From the NCBI GenBank assembly GCA_947631995.1, contig CANRNT010000009.1, positions 956-64,955 of the forward strand: a DNA stretch of 64,000 bases, in the 5' to 3' direction. Within the stretch, counting starts at the first letter, position 1. Every line of letters starts with the position of its first letter. Of this stretch, positions 28,587 through 38,776 are shown piece by piece. Position numbers and translations under genes: made by a program. The DNA comes from an uncultured Clostridia bacterium (GTDB taxonomy: Bacteria > Bacillota > Clostridia > Oscillospirales > Ruminococcaceae). The notes beneath the pieces were generated by a model that saw only the letters and a list, made by a program, of their open reading frames with translations, was not told the origin of the DNA and ran no database searches.

Positions 28587-29777
28587 ATGCTGATAATAGA
28601 TATATTTTATCTGGTGATCATCGTCGGCTGCATAATATTTTATGTAATGTATGTTGACATATTTTCGTTCTACCTTTTGCTGTTGGTGCTGATACTTCCT
28701 ATACTGCTGTTCGCGGCGCTCATATACGCAAAGAGAAAGCTGATAATGGAGCTTGACTGCACGGTCAAAAGCTGCACGGTGGGCGGGGTATCCCCCGTTA
28801 TACTGACCGTAAAAAACAATTCGCTGCTGTCCATAGCTTGCCTGAAGCTCACGGTATCGTATAAGAACCTGTTGGACGGAGCGCAGAGCAGTATGGTGAT
28901 ACACACTCCCGTATACTCGCGCAACGAGCAGAAGATATGTCTGAAGATATCGTCGGAATACTGCGGCATGATCGAGGTATCTGTCAGCAAAGCGAGGATA
29001 TACGATATGCTGAGGCTTTTCTCATTTAGGCTCAACACGAAAAATATGAGCACGTCGTTCATGCTATGCCCGAAAGTATATCCCGTAGAACCGCAGATAG
29101 CTCTTCATCAGAACTCGCAGAGCTTCGGTGAGAATTATTCAAAAAGATATGCCGGCGACGACCCGTCGGAGATATTTCAGCTCCACGAATACAGACCCGG
29201 CGACAAGATGAACAGGATACATTGGAAAGCTTCGGTGCGTCAGGACGAGCTTATCGTCAAGGACTATTCCCGTCCGCTGGCAAACGATATCGCTTTCATA
29301 ATTTGCTCGCCCAAAAGGAATGAGCCTCTGGAAAGCTACAACAGGATATTGAGCGCCGCGGCGTCTCTCAGCTTTTATCTTCTGGAAAATGACGCTAACC
29401 ATACTTTTATATGGTCAGTCGGCAAGGACAATGAATACTGCACCGTTGACAGCTCGGAGGGATATCTGAGTTTTCTGGCTTCCAATTTGTCAACAGAGCT
29501 GCGGAAAAACGACTGCTTCAAGGCGGTCAGCAGCTATTTCCATGATACGGACAACGGAGCTGCTCCTCGGTTCTCGCATATCATAGTGCTTACCGACAAC
29601 TGCGACAAGGAGCTGTTCACAGACCTTTCGGCGGACATATCCGAATGTAAAAAGACCATTTTGTGTGTCCTGCCTCCTTATGAGGACATACCCGACATAA
29701 GCTCCGACAAAGACACAGATATAGTCTATATTTCGGGAGAAGAGGGTATTTCGGTGCTTTCTGATATCGTTATCTGA
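28587..29777 (+). CDS. DUF58-domain protein (MoxR partner, vWA-like)
   Basis: Two N-terminal TMs. Conserved LHEYRPGDKMNRIHWKASVRQDELIVKDY motif characteristic of DUF58. Located immediately after moxR. Confidence 0.85.
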   Translation: MLIIDIFYLVIIVGCIIFYVMYVDIFSFYLLLLVLILPILLFAALIYAKRKLIMELDCTVKSCTVGGVSPVILTVKNNSLLSIACLKLTVSYKNLLDGAQSSMVIHTPVYSRNEQKICLKISSEYCGMIEVSVSKARIYDMLRLFSFRLNTKNMSTSFMLCPKVYPVEPQIALHQNSQSFGENYSKRYAGDDPSEIFQLHEYRPGDKMNRIHWKASVRQDELIVKDYSRPLANDIAFIICSPKRNEPLESYNRILSAAASLSFYLLENDANHTFIWSVGKDNEYCTVDSSEGYLSFLASNLSTELRKNDCFKAVSSYFHDTDNGAAPRFSHIIVLTDNCDKELFTDLSADISECKKTILCVLPPYEDIPDISSDKDTDIVYISGEEGISVLSDIVI

Positions 29778-29836
29778 TGAAGCGGAAAATGCCGTATCCA
29801 AAATTACAAAAGGCTTACAAGAGGCTATGATCAAAG

Positions 29837-32788
29837 ATGAGTAAAAGTACCAAACAAAAAAGAGAAAGCATATCAAAGATAACCGTCAGGACAGACTTTG
29901 ACATGATAACTGGCAGAAAAACGCTGTTCTCAAACGGTCTGATCATGTATCTGCTGATAAATATAATAATGATATCAACGCTTGCTACCGGCTTCAGCTA
30001 TATTGATATACAGCCGAACTATTTTGTTCTTACGCTGTTCGGGGCTTGCTTCAGCGCGCTGTTCTGCTTTCCCAAAAACAAAATTTTCGCCGCTGCCGCT
30101 ACCGTTGTGTCAGGCGCAATGCTGTTTTATCTGCGATACAACGTTGTTGCCGGCGGAGCATATGTCATATCCGAATTTCTCAAACTATTAAATATAGGTT
30201 ACTCTGCCGATCCGGAGTATTTGTACGCAAGCCTGCCGAGAGATACGAACATAACGCTGTTCCTGCTTACATATATCTTTCTGATGACTGTCATACTGTA
30301 TTACAGCGTTTATGTACACAAAAATTTTATACTCACTTTCGCCGTCACGTTCATACTTCCCGAGATAGGTCTGTACAACGGAAATGTGCCAAACTATGCA
30401 GCGGCGTTCATACTGCTCATATGCTGGATAAGCGTTTTTGCAATGCAGCTCAACGATTATCACGCCAACCGAAGCGGTAAAATGCTTATGTTTACAAAAC
30501 AGCGCAGGAAAAATATATTCTATCTTACCTCGCGCAAAATGAAAAACTCTGCATTTTCGCAGCTTTACATACAGATGAGTCTGTTCGCCATGGCGGCGAT
30601 ACTTATCGCGGTAACGGGAGCGTCCTTGTGCGGATATGAAAGAAGTGAAAATGTTGATCTGCTAAGGCGTAATCTTAGCAATGATTTTTCTTATAAAACT
30701 CTGGTAAGCACAATAAAAGAGATACGCGGCATAAATACGACCGAGCTTAACTTCAGCAAAAGCGAATTGGGAGCAGCCGTCACCTCGGGCGGACTGTCAA
30801 TGGGCAATCTCAAAAGCTCCTATAACATACATTTCACCAACAAAAAACTAATGGAACTGACGCTTTACGGTGATCCTCCGTCAGGCCCGCTGTATCTTCG
30901 CGGCTTCAGCGCAGGCAATTATTCCAACAGCAAATGGTCTGTCGATAACTCTTGGCGCGACGATCCGCGTTTTGAACAGTATATCAACTGCTATGATATC
31001 CTCTCGCAGGTATATAGAAATTCCAGCAGGTGGAACATTATCAATAACATAAATTCTCTTGAAAACCATTATATACGCATAAACGATCTCACAGGCTCAA
31101 AGCTGCTCTTTGCTCCGTACTTCTCATCATACGATCTCACAGTAAACAAAAATCTGAATATTACCCAGAAGCGAATGGAGTATTTCAACATCAACAGAGA
31201 CAGCTATGATCTGAGTTTCATAACGAACCTTTCCGCTGATACTTCGTACTATCTGGATATAATATTCGATCAGGGAAGTTATTATCTTACCGAGCTTTAT
31301 CTTGCGCGGCAGGACGATCCGTCCGTATCAGCGATGGAGGTGTTTGAAAACCTGCCGCTGTTGAATGTGTACGGCGGGCGCATGACCGACGAAAAACATA
31401 TTCTTGACGAGATCGCAAGCCGTCTCAACTCCATGGACGTTCCGACAACTATCGTCACTATTGGCGGGCAGTCGGAGGCTCTCAGCGACCGCTATAAGGC
31501 GGTAATGAACGATCGTGACGCTTCGTTGGAGGATATGTTCGAGACCGCTCTGGAATACTATTCAGACAGCATAAGCGATGACGATATATTTTCGGCGCTG
31601 TATGTAGATTATGTGCTGCAAAGCTATATGGACGTTGATATAGATATCGAACCGAACATCATAAACAGCATAAACGACAATGTTCTGGACAGCTTGGATC
31701 CACTTTTCTATGACGACCAGAGCAAAGGTGCTACTGCCGACAGGATAGGCATAACCCTCAACAACAGCTTCAACAACACTTATGTGACCTATGCTTCTTC
31801 GGTTATAGACGCGATCAAAGAATATTTCGAGGACAATTATATCTATTCTCTGACCGTTGACAGGACGCCGCGCGGTGAGGATTTTATAGAAAATTTCCTT
31901 AACAATATGTACAAAGGCTCCTGCACATATTTTGCGAGCGCGGCTGTGGAGCTTCTCCGCTATTACGGTATCCCTGCAAGGTACGTCGAGGGATTTATGA
32001 TATCGCATGACGATCTGGAAAATTCTTATTCTCCCGAGGACAGTAAATGCTATGTAGACGTTCTGGACAGGAGCGCTCACGCATGGGTAGAGGTATATTA
32101 TCCGTCGATAGGCTGGCTGCCCGTTGAGTTTACGGTAGCTCCGATACAAGAGGACGAATATACCGTAACGACAACGACTACAACGACGCCAAGCACTGAA
32201 CAGCCTTTGGAAACTTCGACCGACCTTACCTCCGACGTCACCAACACACAGACTACAACTTCGGCAGGTACTGCTGCTTCAGGCAGCGCTGACAGCGGAA
32301 ACGGTGGAAGCAGCACAAGCGCAGCAAGCAGCAAAAAGGTAAACGAAAAACTTATTTTTGCCATATTGATACCTCTGCTGACAGCCGCCATGCTGGTCGC
32401 CGCCTACTTCATCTGCATAAACACGGCTCGCAGGAACATTCACGAAAGCATACACACAGACTCCCCCAATAAAAACATCGTAAACATATACGACCTTATA
32501 CTGACTTATCTGTCGCTTATAGGCATAGTCTGCCACGATAACCTGAGCGATATGGACAGGTGTTCTGTGATATGCGAAAAGCTCTCGGAGATAACGTCCG
32601 ATGACATTACAGACGAGCTGAGGGAAGCTTGCGAGAAAGCCGTTGAAGCGGAAATGAGCCGCAATGAATTTTCCGATGAAGATACAGAAAGGCTGAGAGA
32701 GCTGCTTGAAAAGATAAAGTCGCTTTGCTATGAAAGAATGACAAAGTATCAAAGGTTCACGGCAAAACACATCAAGGCTCTGTACTAA
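29837..32788 (+). CDS. Large polytopic membrane protein with extracellular transglutaminase-like core
   Basis: Several N-terminal TMs. Transglutaminase core GSCTYFASAAVELLRYYGIPARYVEGF...HAWVEVYYPSIGWLPVEFT (Cys-His-Glu/Asp layout). Thr/Ser-rich linker, then one more TM and a cytoplasmic tail. Confidence 0.85.
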   Translation: MSKSTKQKRESISKITVRTDFDMITGRKTLFSNGLIMYLLINIIMISTLATGFSYIDIQPNYFVLTLFGACFSALFCFPKNKIFAAAATVVSGAMLFYLRYNVVAGGAYVISEFLKLLNIGYSADPEYLYASLPRDTNITLFLLTYIFLMTVILYYSVYVHKNFILTFAVTFILPEIGLYNGNVPNYAAAFILLICWISVFAMQLNDYHANRSGKMLMFTKQRRKNIFYLTSRKMKNSAFSQLYIQMSLFAMAAILIAVTGASLCGYERSENVDLLRRNLSNDFSYKTLVSTIKEIRGINTTELNFSKSELGAAVTSGGLSMGNLKSSYNIHFTNKKLMELTLYGDPPSGPLYLRGFSAGNYSNSKWSVDNSWRDDPRFEQYINCYDILSQVYRNSSRWNIINNINSLENHYIRINDLTGSKLLFAPYFSSYDLTVNKNLNITQKRMEYFNINRDSYDLSFITNLSADTSYYLDIIFDQGSYYLTELYLARQDDPSVSAMEVFENLPLLNVYGGRMTDEKHILDEIASRLNSMDVPTTIVTIGGQSEALSDRYKAVMNDRDASLEDMFETALEYYSDSISDDDIFSALYVDYVLQSYMDVDIDIEPNIINSINDNVLDSLDPLFYDDQSKGATADRIGITLNNSFNNTYVTYASSVIDAIKEYFEDNYIYSLTVDRTPRGEDFIENFLNNMYKGSCTYFASAAVELLRYYGIPARYVEGFMISHDDLENSYSPEDSKCYVDVLDRSAHAWVEVYYPSIGWLPVEFTVAPIQEDEYTVTTTTTTTPSTEQPLETSTDLTSDVTNTQTTTSAGTAASGSADSGNGGSSTSAASSKKVNEKLIFAILIPLLTAAMLVAAYFICINTARRNIHESIHTDSPNKNIVNIYDLILTYLSLIGIVCHDNLSDMDRCSVICEKLSEITSDDITDELREACEKAVEAEMSRNEFSDEDTERLRELLEKIKSLCYERMTKYQRFTAKHIKALY

Positions 32789-32796
32789 AGACAAAT

Positions 32797-32827
32797 AAAA
32801 AAACTTCCGCAAATTTGCTCGCGGAAG
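32797..32827 (-). terminator. Rho-independent terminator (minus-strand gene; also sits just after the plus-strand stop)
   Basis: CTTCCGC (32804-32810) pairs with GCGGAAG (32821-32827). On the minus strand the hairpin is followed by a run of 7 T (the A-run at 32797-32803). Confidence 0.65.
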
Positions 32828-32857
32828 TCTGAGCGTGTCGGCTTTTGTCGGCACGCT

Positions 32858-33271
32858 TTAATATCTGTGCTTTTTTGTGTTTACTCCTACTATTCCTCCT
32901 ACTGCGCCGCACAGCATGGTAAGGAACAGTTTTCCGGCAGATGATATGCCCAATGCGGCTTTTGCAAATACCGTACCTATTATCAGCACTACCATAAAGA
33001 TAGCTACTCCGCACAGCACGCCCATTAGCATACCGTTTTTATGCCGCTTTCTGGCGCACATATATCCTCCGAAGTATCCGCCTATCCCCAGCGCAGCGGT
33101 CGCAAGCACCGATACAAGAGCTGCGGGAGCGTTTATCCTGCTGAGTATGAACGCAAAGCCCATAAGGCATATCAGGATAGTAGCTATCCCGAACACTACC
33201 GATAAGACAATACAGTACCAGCCTGAATCATACATTCTTGAACGTCTGCGGCGGCGAACATATCTGGGCAA
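32858..33271 (-). CDS. TIGR04086-like small membrane protein
   Basis: Four TMs with Gly-rich GGYFGGYMCARK segments. TTG start at 33271 lies 7 nt after AGGAGG. Confidence 0.65.
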   Translation of the reverse strand: MPRYVRRRRRSRMYDSGWYCIVLSVVFGIATILICLMGFAFILSRINAPAALVSVLATAALGIGGYFGGYMCARKRHKNGMLMGVLCGVAIFMVVLIIGTVFAKAALGISSAGKLFLTMLCGAVGGIVGVNTKKHRY

Positions 33272-33375
33272 AAAAATCCCTCCTAAAACGATGCTCTTAC
33301 ATCATTTTATTCGGGAAATGACCGATATATGCCGATAGACCGCTCTGACCTATCTATGTCACGCGCAAGACGAGA

Positions 33376-33699
33376 TTATTCGTCATGCTCCGTATTGCAT
33401 TTTGCGATAGCCCACTTCATTATCCTTATCTTGCTCCTGTCACCGCCTGTTTCGACTACGACGGTATCGTCCTTGATAGAGAATATTATTCCTACTATAC
33501 CGCCCGCGGTAACTACCTCGTCGCCGACCTCGAGCTTTTCACGCATAGCCGCGTCAGCTTTTTCTTTTTTTCTCTGAGGTCTTATTATAAGAAAATAAAG
33601 CACCACGAACATCAGAACGAGCGGAAGTATTGAAACATACCACGGTATTGTCTGATTTGCGGCGGCTTCTTCCGCCATTATAGTAAACATAAGTTCCAT
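33376..33699 (-). CDS. yajC: Preprotein translocase subunit YajC
   Basis: Single TM followed by FLIIRPQRKKEK...L.VGDEVVTAGGIVG.I. Start is ATG 33699 behind AAAGGA. Confidence 0.9.
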   Translation of the reverse strand: MELMFTIMAEEAAANQTIPWYVSILPLVLMFVVLYFLIIRPQRKKEKADAAMREKLEVGDEVVTAGGIVGIIFSIKDDTVVVETGGDRSKIRIMKWAIAKCNTEHDE

Positions 33700-33777
33700 T
33701 TTAAAACATCCTTTCAAATCAACCTACATAATATAATAGCACATTATTTTCCATTTGGCAAGCGTTTGAGCAAAAAA

Positions 33778-35061
33778 TTAATAATTATCTCCGTCAGCAC
33801 CCGCAAGGCACTCGATTATCGCTTCTCTTTCGCTGTCCATTTTTTCGACAAGGCTCCCGTCATTGGTGAAAAGTGTTGAATAATTGTAAAATGCTACTCC
33901 GCTGACGTTATCCAGAGCGAGGGCGTCGTTCATCTGCTTGGCTATGATATTCTCCGTTTGGGCAAACTCCGTTTCCTCCGCTATCTTATAAACTCCCAGA
34001 CCGATAACAAGCTTCACGCCGCTGTCCGAGGTCATATCGCTCCATTTTTGTATGGTATCAAGATACGGCGAGCTGCTGCCGTAGCTGAAATACACCTGCG
34101 GTATGATATTGTCGCATATCAGCGGACTTGCGCACCAGCTACCCACATCTGCGTAAAGCTGGACATAGTTATTATTGATATTTCCCTGCGGCGATATTTC
34201 AAAGCAGACGGTAGGATTGGTATTCTTGATACTTATATTCATTTCAAGCACAAGCTTTGTAGTATTGCTCATCCGCCACTTTGAAAGGTCCTGCGCTCCG
34301 CTGTTTTCAAAGCACACTCTGTCGAAATCCTCCGAAGTTGTCGGGTAAAAATAGTCGTCTATGTGTATCCCGTCAACTTCGTAACGCGAGACTATCTCGG
34401 CTGCCGCGTCAGCTACATACTTTCTTACCTCGGGTACTGCGGGGTCAAGCCATACGAACGGACTTCCCTCCGCTGTATTCAGATATTCTCCGAAATGCTC
34501 GGTATAGAAGCTCTTCAGTCCGTATTTGCCGTCCACATTTTCAAAGCTCTCGGGCGTCATACAGCGCAGAGGATTAAGCCATGCGTGAAAGGAAAGACCC
34601 AGCTTATGGGCTTCTTCAACCATTATTTCAAGGGCGTCATACGGCTCTGTACTCCCGAAAGCAGTTGTATACGGGTACATAACGGACGGATAATAGGCGT
34701 CGGCAAAGGCTCTGACATGGACATATACCGTATTTGCGCCGACAGAAACGACATTGCGGTAAGCCTGACTTATACTTTCCCTGAACTCATCGGCAGTCCT
34801 GCCGTTCATCATACCGTCAAGGTCAATATACGATATCCACACGCCTATCTGCTCATCGTAATTCAAAGCCTGATAGTCGCTTTGAGGAAATATATGGTCG
34901 TTAAACAACCCTATCACATCTGACAGAGAGCATATCCGTTCCGCGCTCTTGCTTGCGACTGACTGCTGTTTTTCCCTGACTATGGGCTCTCTGCCCGTCA
35001 TCAGACCTACAAATACTATCGCCGCTGTCAAAAGCGGTATCAACAAAGATGTATGTTTCAT
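33778..35061 (-). CDS. Glycoside-hydrolase-like 10 (GHL10 / UPF0748, YngK-like) family protein, membrane-anchored
   Basis: N-terminal TM/signal, then a TIM-barrel-like region with the GIHIDDYFYP motif typical of the family. Confidence 0.7.
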   Translation of the reverse strand: MKHTSLLIPLLTAAIVFVGLMTGREPIVREKQQSVASKSAERICSLSDVIGLFNDHIFPQSDYQALNYDEQIGVWISYIDLDGMMNGRTADEFRESISQAYRNVVSVGANTVYVHVRAFADAYYPSVMYPYTTAFGSTEPYDALEIMVEEAHKLGLSFHAWLNPLRCMTPESFENVDGKYGLKSFYTEHFGEYLNTAEGSPFVWLDPAVPEVRKYVADAAAEIVSRYEVDGIHIDDYFYPTTSEDFDRVCFENSGAQDLSKWRMSNTTKLVLEMNISIKNTNPTVCFEISPQGNINNNYVQLYADVGSWCASPLICDNIIPQVYFSYGSSSPYLDTIQKWSDMTSDSGVKLVIGLGVYKIAEETEFAQTENIIAKQMNDALALDNVSGVAFYNYSTLFTNDGSLVEKMDSEREAIIECLAGADGDNY

Positions 35062-35160
35062 TGCTTGTCCCCTCCTCTCTAATAGTATATAGCAAAAATT
35101 GGTAAATAATTCAAAAGCCACACCGCATATCTGGCGATGTGGCTGTTCTGCTGTTTCAGC

Positions 35161-36024
35161 TCAAATACTGTAACCTACCGCTTCGCCCATCAGCACAGGG
35201 GTCTCGCAGTCTTTTTCGGTATTCATAAGTATATCGTGGTCAGGCGATACCGTATCTGCTTTAAAAAGCTGTATTATTGTTGAGCCGCCAAACTCGAACA
35301 TACCCTTTTCCTCGCCGCGCCTGAAGCTGCTCTTGCCGTGAAGATTGCTTATCCTGCCAACGCACAGCGCGCCGACTTCTATCTGCACGACCTCGGAAAA
35401 ATGCTTGGTTCTCATAAACGTGAACTCACGGCTGTTATGCTTGAACACCTTACACCTGTTTATCGCTATTGGCTGAACGGTATGCAGGACGCCTTTGATA
35501 TGGTAATTATCCGATTTAGCGCCGTCATCTATATAAGCATACCTATGGTAATTGCACGGCTCCAGCCGATATATAAAACACCAGCCGCCGCGAAATCTTT
35601 CGGCAAGCTTGCCGCTGTGCAAAAGCTCTTTCAGCGTATACGGAGTACCCTTAATTTCAAAAACGCTGTCGCTGTCTATTTTGTATACGGACAGCTTTCC
35701 GTCACACGGGGCGCACAGCTTTGTTTCATCTGTACAAAACGGTCTGGCTTCTTTATAGAGCTCACGCGTAAAAAAGTCATTAAAAGATGAAAAATGGTGC
35801 TTTTTTGCATAGGCCATATCAATGTCGTACTTCTTGATATACCTGTTTATCATAGGTCTTGAAAGTCGGCTGCTGAGAAAAACTGCGGCGGCCTTTGAAG
35901 CCCACGGCATAGTCAGAGGATAAAGCAGCACTCTTCCGACGGGGGTCTTGTACATAAAATGAAGAAAAGCATTGCTCTTGTTATAGTCTGCTTTTACGCC
36001 GACCCTGAAAACTTTACTGCTCAT
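35161..36024 (-). CDS. psd: Phosphatidylserine decarboxylase proenzyme
   Basis: FEFGGSTII contains the G-S-T self-cleavage site. It lies adjacent to pssA. Confidence 0.85.
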   Translation of the reverse strand: MSSKVFRVGVKADYNKSNAFLHFMYKTPVGRVLLYPLTMPWASKAAAVFLSSRLSRPMINRYIKKYDIDMAYAKKHHFSSFNDFFTRELYKEARPFCTDETKLCAPCDGKLSVYKIDSDSVFEIKGTPYTLKELLHSGKLAERFRGGWCFIYRLEPCNYHRYAYIDDGAKSDNYHIKGVLHTVQPIAINRCKVFKHNSREFTFMRTKHFSEVVQIEVGALCVGRISNLHGKSSFRRGEEKGMFEFGGSTIIQLFKADTVSPDHDILMNTEKDCETPVLMGEAVGYSI

Positions 36025-36039
36025 AAAAACCGCTCCATA

Positions 36040-36669
36040 TCAGAATTTTGAAAAGTCGATAAGCACCATGAAAAACTCTATCAGTCCGATTATTGACATT
36101 GCCACCATGCCCTTTGTTTTAGGCTTTTTGATACGCAGCGGCGATATATACGCTATTGCGGTAACAAAAGCGACAGCGGTATAAAGCAGCGAAAAATTGG
36201 GTATCGGCGCATACTTTATAAGGCAGTAGACAAGCGGCATGATAAGCGCTGATGAGGTTATCGGCAGACCTTTGAAATACTTTCTGTTCTCGTCCGTTTC
36301 GTCCTGACGTTCTTCCTCGGTAACGTTATAATAGGCAAGTCTTATAAGTCCGCAAAGCACGAACATACAGCCGACTATCGGATACAGTCTGCTGGATCTG
36401 TTGAGACTATATCCTATGACAGCGGGCAAAACGCCGAAACACACCAGATCGCAGAGGGAGTCTATCTGTATACCGAAACGCTTTTCCTCTTTTGTACGGG
36501 ACTTTTTCGTCCTCGCGATCTTTCCGTCAAACATATCGCACATACCCGACAGCATAAGACACACTATCGCCTCGTCTATATTGCCGTCGATAGCGCTGAA
36601 TATTCCCGACACGGAAATAAACAGGCTCAGATATGTAAGAACAACAGTATAATCGTAAAATCCTATCAT
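36040..36669 (-). CDS. pssA: CDP-diacylglycerol--serine O-phosphatidyltransferase
   Basis: CDP-alcohol phosphatidyltransferase motif DMFDGKIAR...G.QIDSLCDLVCFG. Polytopic. Confidence 0.85.
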   Translation of the reverse strand: MIGFYDYTVVLTYLSLFISVSGIFSAIDGNIDEAIVCLMLSGMCDMFDGKIARTKKSRTKEEKRFGIQIDSLCDLVCFGVLPAVIGYSLNRSSRLYPIVGCMFVLCGLIRLAYYNVTEEERQDETDENRKYFKGLPITSSALIMPLVYCLIKYAPIPNFSLLYTAVAFVTAIAYISPLRIKKPKTKGMVAMSIIGLIEFFMVLIDFSKF

Positions 36670-36714
36670 TTTATCCGGCTATGCCGAAACACCTCTATCT
36701 TTTATAACTTGCGG

Positions 36715-38775
36715 TCACTTCAGCAGCTTGAGCGCGCCTGTCGGGCAAGCCTCAACGCACTTTCCGCACTGAGCACACGCCGATATAACGCTTTCGTCGT
36801 TGAATTCGGGCTTTATGACCGTACCGAAGCCTCTGCCGACAAGACCCAGTATCCCCTTACCCGCGACCTCGTCGCACACTCTCACGCAAAGGCTGCAAAG
36901 TATGCACTTGTTTGGGTTGCGCTCTATGGAAACGAGCTTTCTTTCAACGGGGTTGTTGTTCTTTACGCCTGCAAATCTGGCAGGGTCTATCTCGCAGATG
37001 TTTGCATACTTTATCAGGCGGCAGTCTCCGTAATCGTGGCAGCCGCACTCGAGACATCTTTTTGCTTCGCTCTGCACTTTTTCTTCGTCGCCAATGCCGA
37101 GGTACACTTCATTGAAGTCGCGCTTCCTTTCTTCGGCAGGACGTGCAGGCATTTTAATTCTGTCCTTTTTATCGTACACGCTGAAATCTATATCCTTGAC
37201 GTCTCTCTTGGAAACGAAAGGCTTTCTGTAAGCGGTGAGATTTCCTGCGAGGTAGCTGTCAACTACTGCGGCGCACTTATTTGCCTCGCCTATTGCTTCT
37301 ATTGCTATTGAAGCGCCTCTGTTTGTGGCGTCGCCGACTGCGAAAACGCCGTCAACCGAGGTCATAAAGGTGGTCTCATCGGCGGCTATTGTGCCTTTTC
37401 TGGTCTTTTCAAGAGCGTCAAAACCGCTTGCTTCAATACTCTGACCGATAGCCATTATTACCTTGTCTACATCTATATACTCAAACTTGCCCTCAACGGG
37501 AACGGGTGAACGTCTGCCGCTTGCGTCTGGCTCGCCGAGCTGCATTACCTGAAGCTTCATCTGCTTTACCTTGCCGCCCTCGCCTATTATCTGAGCAGGG
37601 TTGGTAAGGAATTTGAAGTCAACGCCCTCTTCGATAGCTTCTTCTATCTCGATATCCTCGGCAGGCATTTCGTCTCTTGTTCTTCTGTAAACGACATAGA
37701 CCTTATCCGCTCCGCACCTTACCGCGCTTCGACAGGCGTCCATAGCGGTATTTCCGCCGCCGCACACAGCAACGGTGAGCCCTGAAAGGTCGGGTCTTTC
37801 GCCCTCGCCGGAAGAAATATTTCTGAGAAAATCTATACCGCCGACAACGCCTTCGAGCTCCTCGCCCTCAACGCGCATATTCATACTTTTCCACGCGCCG
37901 TTTGCAACTATGACTGCATCGTTGTCATTTTGAAGCTGCTCCAAGGTAACGTCCTTGCCTATCTTGCAGTTGTTCACAAATTCCACGCCCAGCGACTTTA
38001 TCTCCTGACACTCTCTTTCAAGAATATCTTTGGGAAGTCTGTATGCAGGGATACCGTAGCGCAGCATACCGCCCATTTTTGACATAGCGTCGTAAACGGT
38101 AACGCTGTGACCGCTTCTTCTGAGGAAAAACGCTGCTGTAAGTCCGGCAGGGCCGCCGCCGACTATCGCGACTTTTTTGCCGCTGTCTGCCTTGCACTTA
38201 GGCTTATATGTACCGTCGGCAAGGTCTTTATCTGCGGCATACGCTTTAAGAAAAGCTATTGAAAGCGGCTGCTCAACGTTTGCTCTGCGGCAGTTTTTCT
38301 CACACGGGTGGGGGCATACTCTGCCTATAGATGCAGGTATCGGGAAAGCCTCTTTTATGGTCTCGACCGCGCCGTGGTAGTCGCCGCCCGATATCTGTTT
38401 CAGATACTTCTGAATGTCCGTTCCTGCCGGGCAGTTGAGATGGCAAGGTGCAACGCAATCGCCGTCGTGGTCGCTCATCAAAAGCTCCAGCGCGACTTTT
38501 CTAGACCTGTTTACTCTTTCGGTATCATAGCTTACGACATAACCGTCCTGTGCTTTGGTGGCGCAGGCCCTCATAAGCTTAGGCAGGGCTTTGCCGTGAC
38601 CGTCATCGAGCACTTCTATCTGACACAGACCGCACGCGCCGTAGACGGCAACGCTGTCATCGTTACAAAGATTGGGAATATCTATGCCGTTATCCTGAGC
38701 GACTTTGAGTATATACTCGCCCTCATTGCATTTGCATACTTTTCCGTTTATAGTTATAGTTATCATCTTGCTCAC
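36715..38775 (-). CDS. Multidomain FeS flavoprotein: 2Fe-2S + HydA/NuoG-like FeS N-terminus, GltD/NfnB-like FAD/NAD(P)H core, C-terminal 4Fe-4S domains (StnC-like)
   Basis: N-terminal ITINGKV...CGLCQIEV. Rossmann motifs VAIVGGGPAGLTAA and VAVCGGGNTAMD of the GltD type. C-terminal CHDYGDC...CILCSLCVRVC...CAQCGKCVEACP clusters. Confidence 0.8.
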   Translation of the reverse strand: MSKMITITINGKVCKCNEGEYILKVAQDNGIDIPNLCNDDSVAVYGACGLCQIEVLDDGHGKALPKLMRACATKAQDGYVVSYDTERVNRSRKVALELLMSDHDGDCVAPCHLNCPAGTDIQKYLKQISGGDYHGAVETIKEAFPIPASIGRVCPHPCEKNCRRANVEQPLSIAFLKAYAADKDLADGTYKPKCKADSGKKVAIVGGGPAGLTAAFFLRRSGHSVTVYDAMSKMGGMLRYGIPAYRLPKDILERECQEIKSLGVEFVNNCKIGKDVTLEQLQNDNDAVIVANGAWKSMNMRVEGEELEGVVGGIDFLRNISSGEGERPDLSGLTVAVCGGGNTAMDACRSAVRCGADKVYVVYRRTRDEMPAEDIEIEEAIEEGVDFKFLTNPAQIIGEGGKVKQMKLQVMQLGEPDASGRRSPVPVEGKFEYIDVDKVIMAIGQSIEASGFDALEKTRKGTIAADETTFMTSVDGVFAVGDATNRGASIAIEAIGEANKCAAVVDSYLAGNLTAYRKPFVSKRDVKDIDFSVYDKKDRIKMPARPAEERKRDFNEVYLGIGDEEKVQSEAKRCLECGCHDYGDCRLIKYANICEIDPARFAGVKNNNPVERKLVSIERNPNKCILCSLCVRVCDEVAGKGILGLVGRGFGTVIKPEFNDESVISACAQCGKCVEACPTGALKLLK

Positions 38776-38776
38776 C

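Noticed and set aside
32161-32340. Thr/Ser/Ala-rich tract in the transglutaminase-like protein, considered as a possible DNA tandem repeat.
   Set aside because: Codon usage within the tract is heterogeneous (ACG/ACA/ACT/ACC mixed) with no regular nucleotide period. It is a low-complexity protein linker, not a tandem DNA repeat.
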